The notes under the pieces: generated by a model
Told to the model about the DNA's origin: nothing
The model's input: only the letters and a program-made list of their open reading frames with translations
The model's database searches: none
Made by a program: the position numbers and the translations under genes
Assembly (NCBI GenBank): GCA_022563535.1
Contig: JADFNE010000019.1
Location: forward strand, 3,386 to 67,385
DNA length: 64,000 nt
Origin: Myxococcales bacterium
Lineage (GTDB): Bacteria; Myxococcota_A; UBA9160; UBA4427
Reading direction: 5' to 3'
Part shown: one piece after another, positions 10,109-20,342 of the stretch
Layout: the number at the start of each line of letters is the position of its first letter
Position numbering within the stretch: the stretch's first letter is position 1

Positions 10109-10408
10109 ATGATTCCACTTCCGACACAAGTAGACCTGGCAGACGACGGGCGCCGCATCGAGATTAAATGGCAGGACGGGAGAAGGACGCAGCATTCAGC
10201 GTTCGAGCTGCGAGCGCAGTGCCCGTGTGCTTCGTGCGTTCATGAGTTCTCAGGGGAACAGCTGCTCAAGATCGAAGATGTGGACGAGAATGTCGCCGCC
10301 TCGGGCTTCCACAAGGTGGGGCGATACGCCCTGCAGTTTGACTGGAGCGATGGGCACTCGACAGGCATCTACACCTACGAGCGGCTGCGCGACGACATGT
10401 TGGCCTGA
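10109..10408 (+). CDS. DUF971 (gamma-butyrobetaine hydroxylase N-terminal-like) protein
   Basis: 99 aa. IEIKWQDGRRTQHSAFELRAQCPCASC...YALQFDWSDGHSTGIYTYERL matches the DUF971 pattern as I recall it. Confidence 0.7.
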   Translation: MIPLPTQVDLADDGRRIEIKWQDGRRTQHSAFELRAQCPCASCVHEFSGEQLLKIEDVDENVAASGFHKVGRYALQFDWSDGHSTGIYTYERLRDDMLA

Positions 10409-10443
10409 TCTCTCGACCTGGGACGTCGACCGGGTAGGTCGGC

Positions 10444-11679
10444 CTACTTGATCGGGAGACGCGGATCGGAAAAGCCGCGCGCAATCAAACTCAACAGGGT
10501 TTGTTCGACCTCGGTTCCGCCATGTCCCTCTTCGCCGGCTACGGCCTGCAATTCGGCGAGGGTCGGGGCAGGGGAATCATCGTTGAGCATGCGCTGCAAC
10601 AGGGCGAGGCTGCAAGGGTCTTTCAACTCGAACAACTGGCCGTCCGCCCTTGCGAACTTTCGCGCAAGGGTTTGCGTAGAAGTCGGCTCGAGTGAATGAC
10701 GCAGTCGGGTTGTGAACTCGAGCCCGGCCAGTGTCTCGACCGAGAGCGCGCGAGCCACCGGTGCATCGTCACGCACAATGAGCGACCTGCGACCCGAGCG
10801 ATTTACCATGAAATCGATCAGCTGCTGGGTTTCGATAAAATCGGGCGCGAGCTGCTGCAGCAACCCGGCAGCACCGGACGGCAGTCCGTCGAGGGCCATC
10901 GTGCCCAGATCGACCTCCGACAGGTACTGCATCCCCCACTCGCTCGCCCACTCGACGAATTGGACGAAGTAGCAAGGGTCGTGAATGCTTCCGAGTTCGT
11001 CGTGGAGGAACACGTCCGCTGCACTGGTCTGCATGCTCTCCACCACACTCTTGAGAGACTGCGCGTGGCAATCGTCACTGTTGCTGGAATAGCCGGCGTG
11101 CAACAGTTTCAACACCAGCGCAGACTGGCGCACTCGCTCCTTTGGATCCTTGATATCGCTGGTCCGAAAGGCGAGCAGTTCGCGGATGGCTTCGCGCTGT
11201 TTCCAACCGGGATAGGTTAGATACGCAATCGCGGCGACGCCGCTCCGCTTGAGCCCGAGCCTGCAGAGTTCAAAAATACGCTCCTTGACATCGTCAGCAA
11301 CCCAAGAGAACGCTCCATGACACAGAATTACATCGAAATCGCCTGGCGCAATATCGAGACTTCGCAGGTCTGAACAAATCAATTCAACGTTGGTCGCGCC
11401 GCTCTCTTTGATGGCCTTGCGTCCAGCATCGATTTCGTTTTGAGAGAAGTCGGCTCCGGTGAACTGGACACCCGGATAGCGTTCTGCCTGTTGGCGAATG
11501 TGCGCCCCGGAAGCGCAGGCTAGATCGAGTACCCGGATTTCCGAGCCCTTCGACCCATCCGGGCCCAGCCGAAAAAGACGCGCCAGCCCAAGCAACCGGG
11601 AGAGATCGAGGTCGTGGAAGACTTGATCCCGATACGGGCTCTCGTCGTAGCGCGCTTTGAGGGTATCGTCCGAATCCAT
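10444..11679 (-). CDS. Class I SAM-dependent methyltransferase with a C-terminal methyltransferase-regulatory-type domain
   Basis: Motif I is VLDLACASGAHI, followed by FTGADFSQNEI. The start at ATG 11679 (MDSDDTLKARYDESPY) lies just after the stop of the upstream gene at 11691. Confidence 0.8.
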   Translation of the reverse strand: MDSDDTLKARYDESPYRDQVFHDLDLSRLLGLARLFRLGPDGSKGSEIRVLDLACASGAHIRQQAERYPGVQFTGADFSQNEIDAGRKAIKESGATNVELICSDLRSLDIAPGDFDVILCHGAFSWVADDVKERIFELCRLGLKRSGVAAIAYLTYPGWKQREAIRELLAFRTSDIKDPKERVRQSALVLKLLHAGYSSNSDDCHAQSLKSVVESMQTSAADVFLHDELGSIHDPCYFVQFVEWASEWGMQYLSEVDLGTMALDGLPSGAAGLLQQLAPDFIETQQLIDFMVNRSGRRSLIVRDDAPVARALSVETLAGLEFTTRLRHSLEPTSTQTLARKFARADGQLFELKDPCSLALLQRMLNDDSPAPTLAELQAVAGEEGHGGTEVEQTLLSLIARGFSDPRLPIK

Positions 11680-11690
11680 GCAGTCGGATG

Positions 11691-12380
11691 TCAGCTGGCG
11701 CTGAGTTTGGCGCGTCGGCGCTTGCGGGAGAGGATCGCAAAGCCCACCAGACCCATGCCGAGCATGAGTGCGGTGTTGGGTTCGGGGTTGGTCAACCAAC
11801 CCGCGTTGAGAGCAAGGCCTGAATCATCGTAGGCAAACCCCAGAACCGTAAAGTCGGTTCCACTGGCATTGAATTCGATTTCCAGCCAGCCGTAGAGTGG
11901 ACCCGATCCAGTGTCGAAGGTGAATCCCGCGTATGCCGTTGTACCTGGAGCCCAGTCGGGATTGGTCGTTCCTCCTTTCGACATGTGTCCCTGGGTGGCA
12001 ACATACGAAAGACTGTCGTCGACCGTCTCCCCATAACTCATCAGCGTCAGATAGTCCACCGACATCGCTCCGCCAGTCGGGGTCACATAGAACTCGATCG
12101 TACTCGCAGTCATCATGGATGCGTGCGGTTGGAGCCACAGATCGTCACCCGCGTCCGCGGTGTTGACCGAGATCCCGCTTAGAAGGGATCCATCAATGGT
12201 AAAATTCGTACCGGGAGATGCATTGAGTGTAAGTTCGTAAATGACCGCCGCTGACGCGTTGTCGGCCAATCCCGAAGAAGCCAACCCCAACGCTGCGACC
12301 TTGAGACTCCGCCCGCGAAATCGATTTGCTTTTCGACCCAGTCGGGACGTGCTCACAGTGCTCTGCGTTTCTCGATTCAT
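11691..12380 (-). CDS. PEP-CTERM sorting-domain secreted protein
   Basis: There is an N-terminal signal peptide. The C-terminus TNPEPNTALMLGMGLVGFAILSRKRRRAK has the PEP motif, a TM helix and an Arg-rich tail. Confidence 0.75.
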   Translation of the reverse strand: MNRETQSTVSTSRLGRKANRFRGRSLKVAALGLASSGLADNASAAVIYELTLNASPGTNFTIDGSLLSGISVNTADAGDDLWLQPHASMMTASTIEFYVTPTGGAMSVDYLTLMSYGETVDDSLSYVATQGHMSKGGTTNPDWAPGTTAYAGFTFDTGSGPLYGWLEIEFNASGTDFTVLGFAYDDSGLALNAGWLTNPEPNTALMLGMGLVGFAILSRKRRRAKLSAS

Positions 12381-12768
12381 CTACTCATCCACGCGCCAAC
12401 AATCACTGCTCTGCATCTACCTATAATCTATCGGCAGTACACTCGAGCATCATGACCGGGATCACCTTAGACGCGCAGCTAACTCTCGGAAACACGATTG
12501 CTTTCGCCTTAGCAGATTTTCTTTGGATTGTCTATCCGCAATTGATGCGCAGATGGCCATCAGCAATGCGCAATAAGGCGGCATTTCGTTGCGACGACAG
12601 TACGACACGGCGCTACCCCTGTACCACTTGCGTGTCCGTGACGAACGCGAGTTGTCCCGTCACCCGCCGGCAACTAATCGTGTACGGGGACCACACACAG
12701 CGTCCGAGGTGAACTTTGACGAGTTGCTAGAGTGTTGTTCTATATACCTAGCCATCCGGGAGTAATGC

Positions 12769-14727
12769 TTGTCCATGTCTGATTCGAACGCGAGACCAGC
12801 CAATCCACATGCCGGTCTGCCCATCACCGACGACGATGCGACGATCGCCAAGGCCCTCGAGGATGTAAGCATCCCAACCTTGATGCTCTCGTTGTTGCAC
12901 ATTACGGGCGACGCAGAGTTGATCCGGGGAGCCCTGCGCCCGGCGGGCCTGTTCATCAACGAAGTCCAGGGTTTCATGTCCGAAGAGGACAAGGCGCAGG
13001 TGCGAAGTCTCGCCCTCGAGATCATCCGCAAGTATCGCGACGGCGGTTCCAAGCTTCCGCCGCCACCCAGCCCCGAGTTGATCCAGGAGATGATGAGCTG
13101 GCTGGTCTGCACCGAAGTGCCGAGCGAATACATCCCCATGATGCTCGAAGAAATGGAGCTCGACGGGATTGACGCGCGCAAACTCGACTGGGACAGTGTC
13201 AGCGAGGAAGTTCGAGCGGAGTTTCCAGTCGTCGTCATCGGGTGCGGTCAGTCGGGCCTGTTGGCGGGCATCCGTCTGAAAGAAGCGGGCATTCCTTTTA
13301 CCATCATCGAAAAGAACGCAGGGGTCGGGGGAACCTGGTACGAGAACACCTACCCGGGTATTCGCGTCGACGTCGGCAACCACTTCTATTGCTACTCCTT
13401 CGAGCCCAGTGATCACTGGACCGAATTCTTTTCCCAGCAGGCTGAGCTACAGAGTTACTTCGAGCGGGTGATGGACCGCCACGAGGTCAGGCCCCACGTG
13501 CGCTGGGAAACCGAGGTTGTCGGTGCCAGCTGGAACGACACAGACGGTGTCTGGTCGGTCCTTATACGAAACCCCAACGGAAGTGAAGAGACCCTGGTCG
13601 CCCGAGCGGTGATCTCTGCCGTCGGCCAACTCAACCGGCCCAAGATTCCGGACTTTCCCGGAATCGAAGAATTCGAGGGCGCCTCATTCCACTCCTCTCA
13701 ATGGGACCACAGTGTCGACTACAAGGGAAAGCGAATCGCCGTTGTGGGCGCCGGAGCCAGTGGCTTCCAGATCGTGCCCACGATCGCGCCGGACGTCGAA
13801 CATCTCACGGTGTTTCAGCGCACGGCCCAGTGGATGTTCCCCAACCCAAACTATCACGAAAAGGTGGGATCCGGCGTGCGCTGGGCCATGCGACACCTTC
13901 CGTTCTATGGCCGCTGGTATCGCTTCCTGATTTTCTGGCCCGGCTGCGATGGCGGATTGGTCGCAGCGCGCATCGACCCGGAGTGGCCGGACGACGGCAA
14001 GTCGATCAGCGCGGCCAACGATGCAACGCGGCAGATGTTCACGGCTTGGATCACGGAGCAGGTGGATAACGACCCCGAACTCATCGCCAAAGTTCTCCCC
14101 ACCTATCCAGCCACGGGCAAGCGCACCCTGCAAGACAACGGTAGCTGGCTCAAGGCGCTGACCCGGGACAATGTGGATCTGGTAAAGGAAGGAATCGAGC
14201 GAATCACAAAGAACGGCATCGTGACGACTGACGGGCGCGAGATCGAAGTCGACATCATCGTTTACGCGACGGGCTTCCACGCAAACCGCTTCCTTCACCC
14301 GATGAACATTGTGGGACGAGATGGCCTGGAGCTGACATCCCATTGGGGAGACGAACCCAAGGCTTACCTTGGAATTACCATGCCCGGGTTTCCCAACTTG
14401 TTCTGCATGTACGGTCCCGGCACCAACCTCGCCCACGGCGGCAGCTTGATTTTCCACTCCGAATGTCAGATGCGATACATCGAGGGCTGCATAAAGGGAA
14501 TGATGGAGCGCGGTTTGCGTTCGATGGAACCCAAGCCGGAGGTGCACCAGGAGTACTACGAGCGCACCCAGAAAGAACTGGAAACCATGGTCTGGTCTCA
14601 TCCCTCGATCGACCACAGCTGGTACAAGAACGCCAAGGGGAAGATTCACATCCTCAGCCCGTGGCGCCTGGTCGTATACTGGGATTGGACCCGCGAGCCA
14701 GACTTCGCAGACTTCAATCTGACCTAG
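12769..14727 (+). CDS. Flavin-dependent (Baeyer-Villiger-type) monooxygenase with a ~150-aa N-terminal extension
   Basis: VVVIGCGQSGLLAG, GGTWYENTYPGIRVDV and VVGAGASGFQ are present. It is a paralog in kind of the 7451..9001 gene. Confidence 0.85.
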   Translation: MSMSDSNARPANPHAGLPITDDDATIAKALEDVSIPTLMLSLLHITGDAELIRGALRPAGLFINEVQGFMSEEDKAQVRSLALEIIRKYRDGGSKLPPPPSPELIQEMMSWLVCTEVPSEYIPMMLEEMELDGIDARKLDWDSVSEEVRAEFPVVVIGCGQSGLLAGIRLKEAGIPFTIIEKNAGVGGTWYENTYPGIRVDVGNHFYCYSFEPSDHWTEFFSQQAELQSYFERVMDRHEVRPHVRWETEVVGASWNDTDGVWSVLIRNPNGSEETLVARAVISAVGQLNRPKIPDFPGIEEFEGASFHSSQWDHSVDYKGKRIAVVGAGASGFQIVPTIAPDVEHLTVFQRTAQWMFPNPNYHEKVGSGVRWAMRHLPFYGRWYRFLIFWPGCDGGLVAARIDPEWPDDGKSISAANDATRQMFTAWITEQVDNDPELIAKVLPTYPATGKRTLQDNGSWLKALTRDNVDLVKEGIERITKNGIVTTDGREIEVDIIVYATGFHANRFLHPMNIVGRDGLELTSHWGDEPKAYLGITMPGFPNLFCMYGPGTNLAHGGSLIFHSECQMRYIEGCIKGMMERGLRSMEPKPEVHQEYYERTQKELETMVWSHPSIDHSWYKNAKGKIHILSPWRLVVYWDWTREPDFADFNLT

Positions 14728-14742
14728 CAGCCCGCGAGCTGT

Positions 14743-17415
14743 TCAGCTTCGGGCCATTTCCCGCAACACCGTATGCAGGATGCCACCGTTTCGGTAGTAG
14801 CCGACCTCGGCCGGTGTATCGATGCGACAAATCGCCTTGAACTCGACCACCTGGCCCTCGCTGTTGGTCGCACGAACGGAGACATTCTGGCGCGCTTCGA
14901 GATCTTCATCGATGTCGATGTCGAAATGCTCCCTGCCGGTCAGCCCAAGGGATGCCGCGGAGTCGCCGTCCTTGTAGCAGAGCGGAAGCACCCCCATGCC
15001 CACCAGGTTGCTGCGATGAATCCGCTCGTAGCTTTCCGCCAGTACAGCCCTGACGCCGAGCAAGAAGGTTCCCTTGGCGGCCCAGTCGCGACTCGAACCC
15101 ATGCCGTAGTCCTTGCCCGCCAGAACCACCAGCGCCGTGCCGGCGGCCTTGTAGTTCTGGGCCGCATCGTAGATGAACGAGACTTCGCCATCGGTACCCC
15201 GGGTAAAGTCGGTCGTGTATCCGCCTTCGGTTCCCGGAGCCAGTTCGTTGCGCACGCGAATGTTGGCAAAGGTTCCTCGGGTCATGATGCGGTCGTTACC
15301 CCGACGCGAGCCGTAGCTGTTGAACATGTCGCGTTCGACACCGTGATCGGCCAGGAAGGCACCTGCCGGTGTGTCGGCTCCGATGGCTCCGGCCGGACTG
15401 ATGTGATCGGTGGTAATGGAATCTCCGACCTTGATCAAGCAGCGCGCATCGCGAATGGCGGTGATCGGCGCAACCTCAGGACTCAGCCCGATGAAGAACG
15501 GAGGCTCCTGCACGTAGGTGCTCGCTTCATTCCAGCTGTAGAGCGCACCCTCAGAACTCTTGACATCACGCCACTGCACTGATCCTTTGAAGACGTCCGC
15601 GTATTTGTCGATGAACTGCTCCCGGGTCACGAACTCGCCCACGGCGTCGGCGATTTCCTGCTGACTCGGCCAGATGTCTGCGAGGGTGACTTCTTCTCCG
15701 TCGGAACCAATGCCGAGGGGATCCGTCGTGAGATCAATATTGACGGTTCCCGCGATCGCATAGGCGACCACCAGGGGAGGGGAGGCCAGGTAATTGGCCT
15801 TGACGTCCGCGCTAATGCGCCCCTCGAAGTTTCGGTTGCCGCTCAACACACTGCAGGCTACGAGATCGCGTTCGTGAATGGCTTCGCGGATCGGATCGGG
15901 CAGCGGACCTGAATTCCCAATGCAGGTCGTACAGCCATAGCCCACGTTGTAGAAGCCCAGGGCTTCGAGGTCCACCGTTACGTTCGCCGCGTCGAGGTAC
16001 TCGGTCACCACCTGGGAGCCCGGCGCGAGCGAAGTCTTGACCCAGGGCTTGCGATTGAGACCGCGCTTTCTGGCGTTGCGCGCCAGCAGGCCCGCCGCGA
16101 GCATGACGCTTGGATTGCTGGTGTTGGTGCAACTCGTGATCGCGGCCAGCACCACGGCTCCGTCCGTGAGTTCGAACTTGTCACCTTCGTAGTCCACTGG
16201 AATGGTGTCTGCCTCGGCTTTGCCGAAGGTTTGCGCCAGATCCGAAGTCCACTGGCTCTGCATCTGGGACAGCACGATCCGGTCCTGGGGTCGCTTTGGG
16301 CCGGCGAGGGACGGTTCGACCGTGCTCATGTCGAGTTCGAGATCGGCGCTATAACGAATGTCCCGAGACTCATCGCGCCAGAGACCTTGCTCCTTGGCGT
16401 ACAGCCCGACCGTTTCGATCAGCGCATCATCGCGGCCACTCAACCTCAAATACTCGAGGGTCCGTTCGTCGATGGGAAAGAATCCCATTGTGGCGCCGTA
16501 CTCGGGGGCCATGTTTGCGAGGGTCGCGCGGTTCGCCAGGGGCATGTCGTCGAGCCCGGGACCGTGGAATTCGACGAACTTTCCCACCACCCCGTGTTCG
16601 CGCAACTGCTGCGTCACCGTCAGGACCAAGTCGGTGGCGGTGCAGCCTTTCGCGAGCGTTCCGAACAACTTGAAGCCAACCACCTCGGGAATCAACATCG
16701 AAATCGGCTGGCCGAGCATCACGGCTTCGGCCTCGATTCCACCCACGCCCCAGCCCAGCACTCCCAGGCCGTTGATCATCGTCGTATGGCTGTCGGTTCC
16801 CACGACGCTGTCGGGGTACAGGACACCGTCGGTTTCCCAGACACACTTGGCCAGGTATTCGAGGTTGACCTGGTGCACGATTCCCGTGCCCGGAGGTACT
16901 ACGCGAAAATTGTCGAATGCTTGCTGGCCCCACTTCAGAAACTCGTAGCGCTCGGAGTTGCGGGCAAATTCGCGTTCGGTGTTGATGCGCAGCGATTCTT
17001 CGCTCGCAAACGAATCGACCTGCACCGAATGATCGATCACCAGATCACACGGCACCAATGGGTTTATCTTGCTCGCACTCGCCTCGTCCCCGGTCATGCG
17101 CACCACCCCCGAACGCATTGCGGCGAGGTCGACCAGCGCTGGCACGCCGGTGAAGTCCTGCAGGAGTACGCGTCCCGGCTTGAATGGAATTTCGGTCTCA
17201 CCGACGTTTCGCGCATCGTAGGCGGCCAGTTGTCTTACATGTTCTTCGGTGACGCTGAAACCATCTACGTTGCGTAGGCAGGCTTCGAGCAGGATCTTGA
17301 TCGAATACGGCAGCCGGTCGATGTCCCCGTGGTCGCGCAGCGCCGCGAGCCGGTAGATCGACTTGTCCCCGGCGGGGGTCTCGAGCGTCGCTTTGCTGTT
17401 GAAGGGATTCGACAT
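14743..17415 (-). CDS. acnA: Aconitate hydratase A
   Basis: About 890 aa from ATG 17415, with an AGGAGC RBS. Hallmark aconitase segments are present ([43 protein letters not shown]). Confidence 0.95.
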   Translation of the reverse strand: MSNPFNSKATLETPAGDKSIYRLAALRDHGDIDRLPYSIKILLEACLRNVDGFSVTEEHVRQLAAYDARNVGETEIPFKPGRVLLQDFTGVPALVDLAAMRSGVVRMTGDEASASKINPLVPCDLVIDHSVQVDSFASEESLRINTEREFARNSERYEFLKWGQQAFDNFRVVPPGTGIVHQVNLEYLAKCVWETDGVLYPDSVVGTDSHTTMINGLGVLGWGVGGIEAEAVMLGQPISMLIPEVVGFKLFGTLAKGCTATDLVLTVTQQLREHGVVGKFVEFHGPGLDDMPLANRATLANMAPEYGATMGFFPIDERTLEYLRLSGRDDALIETVGLYAKEQGLWRDESRDIRYSADLELDMSTVEPSLAGPKRPQDRIVLSQMQSQWTSDLAQTFGKAEADTIPVDYEGDKFELTDGAVVLAAITSCTNTSNPSVMLAAGLLARNARKRGLNRKPWVKTSLAPGSQVVTEYLDAANVTVDLEALGFYNVGYGCTTCIGNSGPLPDPIREAIHERDLVACSVLSGNRNFEGRISADVKANYLASPPLVVAYAIAGTVNIDLTTDPLGIGSDGEEVTLADIWPSQQEIADAVGEFVTREQFIDKYADVFKGSVQWRDVKSSEGALYSWNEASTYVQEPPFFIGLSPEVAPITAIRDARCLIKVGDSITTDHISPAGAIGADTPAGAFLADHGVERDMFNSYGSRRGNDRIMTRGTFANIRVRNELAPGTEGGYTTDFTRGTDGEVSFIYDAAQNYKAAGTALVVLAGKDYGMGSSRDWAAKGTFLLGVRAVLAESYERIHRSNLVGMGVLPLCYKDGDSAASLGLTGREHFDIDIDEDLEARQNVSVRATNSEGQVVEFKAICRIDTPAEVGYYRNGGILHTVLREMARS

Positions 17416-17563
17416 GTTTCTGCTCCTGACGTGGTTTCCGGGGGTCTGGATGATACTGCCGCAGCACGGAAGAGCGAGGGGAAGATCCTTTTCCGGGCTC
17501 GGGCGGCGTGCTCGTCTTCGCGACCGGCGGCTCAACTCGGGCTAGGCTCGGTTCACGCTTGCG

Positions 17564-18985
17564 ATGCGATGGAGGTCCGAACACCCGATGGCCAAAGACC
17601 CGAAGGAAGTCCAGCAGGAACTTCGCGCGGCATGGGACGATATGTTTGCCAGTCTCGCAGCAGCGCGCGACGCCATCGACCAGGCCGAACTGATGCCAGC
17701 GCCGATGAATGAACGAAATTTGGCAGAGGGCTACCGCTATCTGATTGGTTTCCTCCATAACGCCATCGAGCGTTCCTTCCACTCGGACAAGACACGGCCC
17801 GCAATTCGCAATGTATTGAGCATTTTTAATCGCGCGACCATCGACAACGCCGATGCAATCTATTTTTCCGCCGCAATCGACGGACGCGAGCAATACTGCC
17901 TGCGTGGACAGGCCGAAGATTCGCGTGTCTGGCGGGGAGAAGATCCCGCGACAACGGGGCGTATGGCTCCGCACTACGTCATTTTTGAGGCCTCATCCGG
18001 GGTGCTGGCCGGCGACTCCGGGGATCTGCGCGAACTCATCCCGGGAGTCAAGCTCCAGACGGGCAATCTCGACTCGTCGTCCATCGAAGTCGCCGCCGAC
18101 GGTTCGTTCGAAATCTTGCTAGCCCCCGAAAGACCCGAAGGACATGTGGGGAACTTCATTTCAACGCTGAGGATTGCCGACCGGCCAAATCCGTTAGACC
18201 CGGACGCCCCCCTCGAGCGCTACGCGGATTACATCAGCGGACGTCAACTCTTCTACGATTGGGAACGCGAAGACGCGATCCACTTTTCGATCACGCAACT
18301 GGGTGCGGAAGGCACGGCGAAAGAAGCCTACAACGCCGAGCAAGCCGCGGCGGAACTGCGACGCTGCGGTGAGTTGGTGCGCGGACAAATGCACTTCTGG
18401 AACGCGTTCTGGACCATTCCCATGGGCGTATACGGCAAGCGAGACGGTTCGATTCCGGGCATCGAGTTTCCACGCAACGGTTTCAATACGATCAACGCCG
18501 CGTCCGCAGCGACCGGCGGTGGGATGAGCACGAACCTCTATGCCGGTGGTGTCTTCGAACTCGAGCCCGATGAAGCCTTGATCATCGAAAACCGCATTCC
18601 CAGTCCTCCGCAATACGTGGGCTTTCAGATCGCCAATCTATGGGGTGAGTCGGTCGAGTACGGCGACCAGATTGGCAGTCTCAACGGGAATCAGAGCGAG
18701 GTCGATTCCGATGGCGTGATTCGACTGGTGATCGCGCACCGCGATCCCGGCGTCCCCAACTGGATCGATACGACGGGGCATCGCGAGGGCTTCCTGACCC
18801 CGCGCTGGGCGTACAGCGAGACGCCGCCAACGGACCAGTGGCCGACCATTACCGCAACCAAGGTGCGCTTCGACGAAATCCGCAAAAACCTGCCCTCCGA
18901 GACTCGGCGAGTGACGCCAGCAGAGCGCCGGGAACAGGTTAGAGTTCGCCAGGAGCACGTCCTAAGGCGCTACCGCTCGTTCTAA
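17564..18985 (+). CDS. Conserved hypothetical protein
   Basis: A 473-aa ORF with coding-like composition and no motif I can name confidently. An alternative start is ATG 17588 (MAKDPKEV). Confidence 0.6.
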   Translation: MRWRSEHPMAKDPKEVQQELRAAWDDMFASLAAARDAIDQAELMPAPMNERNLAEGYRYLIGFLHNAIERSFHSDKTRPAIRNVLSIFNRATIDNADAIYFSAAIDGREQYCLRGQAEDSRVWRGEDPATTGRMAPHYVIFEASSGVLAGDSGDLRELIPGVKLQTGNLDSSSIEVAADGSFEILLAPERPEGHVGNFISTLRIADRPNPLDPDAPLERYADYISGRQLFYDWEREDAIHFSITQLGAEGTAKEAYNAEQAAAELRRCGELVRGQMHFWNAFWTIPMGVYGKRDGSIPGIEFPRNGFNTINAASAATGGGMSTNLYAGGVFELEPDEALIIENRIPSPPQYVGFQIANLWGESVEYGDQIGSLNGNQSEVDSDGVIRLVIAHRDPGVPNWIDTTGHREGFLTPRWAYSETPPTDQWPTITATKVRFDEIRKNLPSETRRVTPAERREQVRVRQEHVLRRYRSF

Positions 18986-19157
18986 AGCGTCACATCACTG
19001 AGAGGACCCCTACCGGAGAGCCCCAGGCGGGTCGATGCCCCGAGGTCGTGGTTGCGGTGTTCTCGACCATTCGATACGGTGCGTTTCGTAACTGGTCGGC
19101 TCGTATCCGGGCAGTCGACGGGCACCGGCGGCCGGGACGAGACGGGGAGAGCAGATC

Positions 19158-20342
19158 ATGGACTTCGAATTCAGCGCAGAAGAGCAGGCCTTTGCCAGCG
19201 AGGTCGCAGCGTTTTTACAGGAAGTGCATTCGGACGACGTCATGCAACCCTGGAAGGAGAACTTCACGCAATTGGTCGACACCCCGGCCAAACGCGCCTT
19301 CCTCAAAAAACTCTCGGACAAGAACTGGTTGGGCATCACCTGGCCCAAGGAACTCGGCGGACAGGAAGGATCCGGAATCCTCGAATACCTGCTCAACGAA
19401 GCCCTGGCCTACGTGGGTGCTCCCCAGATCGGCAAGGGGGTCGGGATCATCGGCAAGACCTTGATCCGCCACGGCAGCGACAAGCTCAAGGCCGAATTTC
19501 TCCCCAAGATCCTGAATGCCGAAGTCGAGTTTGCCGTGGGCTACAGCGAACCCCAGGCCGGCTCCGATGCCGCCAACATGCAACTTCGCGCCGACAAAGT
19601 GGACGGCGGTTGGAACCTCAACGGTCAGAAGATCTGGACCACATCCGCGCACTTTGCCGATTGGTACTGGGTGGGTGCCCGCACCAACCGGGAAGTCAAG
19701 AAGCACGCCGGCATCAGCCTCTTTCTGATTCCCATGAATGAAAAGGGTCTCGAAATTCAGACCATGGAGTGCATCGGCGGAGATCAAACCAACCAGGTCT
19801 TTTTCGACGACGTGTTCGTGCCCGACGACTACATGGTCGGCGACGAGGGCAAGGGATTCCAGTACATCTCCGAGGCGCTCGATCTCGAACGCTTTACCAT
19901 GTTCACCTTCTCCCCGATCTGGGCCCGCTTCGAACTGTTGTTGGACTACGTCAAGAACAACACCCGGGACGGCGAGTTGCGCAAGGACGATCCCGTCGTG
20001 CGCAGTGAAATTGCGAAGCTCGCGACCGATCACGAGGTTGCCCGGGTTCTCGGCCTGCGTTTCGTTGCCGCTGCGAAAGGTGTGGAAGGCAAACCTCCAA
20101 CCGTGGAGGCCTCTCAGTACAAGCTCTTCGCGACGCAACTCTCTCAGCGCTCAGTCAACAAGGGCCTGGATATCATGGGTTCCGAAGGGCAGTTCCGGCT
20201 CGACGACCCCCACGCAATGCAGAAGGGGCGCTTTGATTCTGCCTACCGCGCGACCGTGGTCGAAACGATCGGCGGTGGTTCGAGTGAGATTCAGAAGAAT
20301 ATCATCGCGCGGCGCGGTCTCGGGCTTCCGAAGAACTTCTAG
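19158..20342 (+). CDS. Acyl-CoA dehydrogenase
   Basis: 394 aa. GSDAANMQLRA, KIWTTSAHFADWYWV and the C-terminal IGGGSSEIQKNIIARRGLGLP are typical of ACADs. Confidence 0.9.
   Translation: MDFEFSAEEQAFASEVAAFLQEVHSDDVMQPWKENFTQLVDTPAKRAFLKKLSDKNWLGITWPKELGGQEGSGILEYLLNEALAYVGAPQIGKGVGIIGKTLIRHGSDKLKAEFLPKILNAEVEFAVGYSEPQAGSDAANMQLRADKVDGGWNLNGQKIWTTSAHFADWYWVGARTNREVKKHAGISLFLIPMNEKGLEIQTMECIGGDQTNQVFFDDVFVPDDYMVGDEGKGFQYISEALDLERFTMFTFSPIWARFELLLDYVKNNTRDGELRKDDPVVRSEIAKLATDHEVARVLGLRFVAAAKGVEGKPPTVEASQYKLFATQLSQRSVNKGLDIMGSEGQFRLDDPHAMQKGRFDSAYRATVVETIGGGSSEIQKNIIARRGLGLPKNF

Noticed and set aside
16231-17277. 348-aa plus-strand ORF inside acnA
   Set aside because: It is antisense to an unambiguous aconitase gene and is a shadow ORF.
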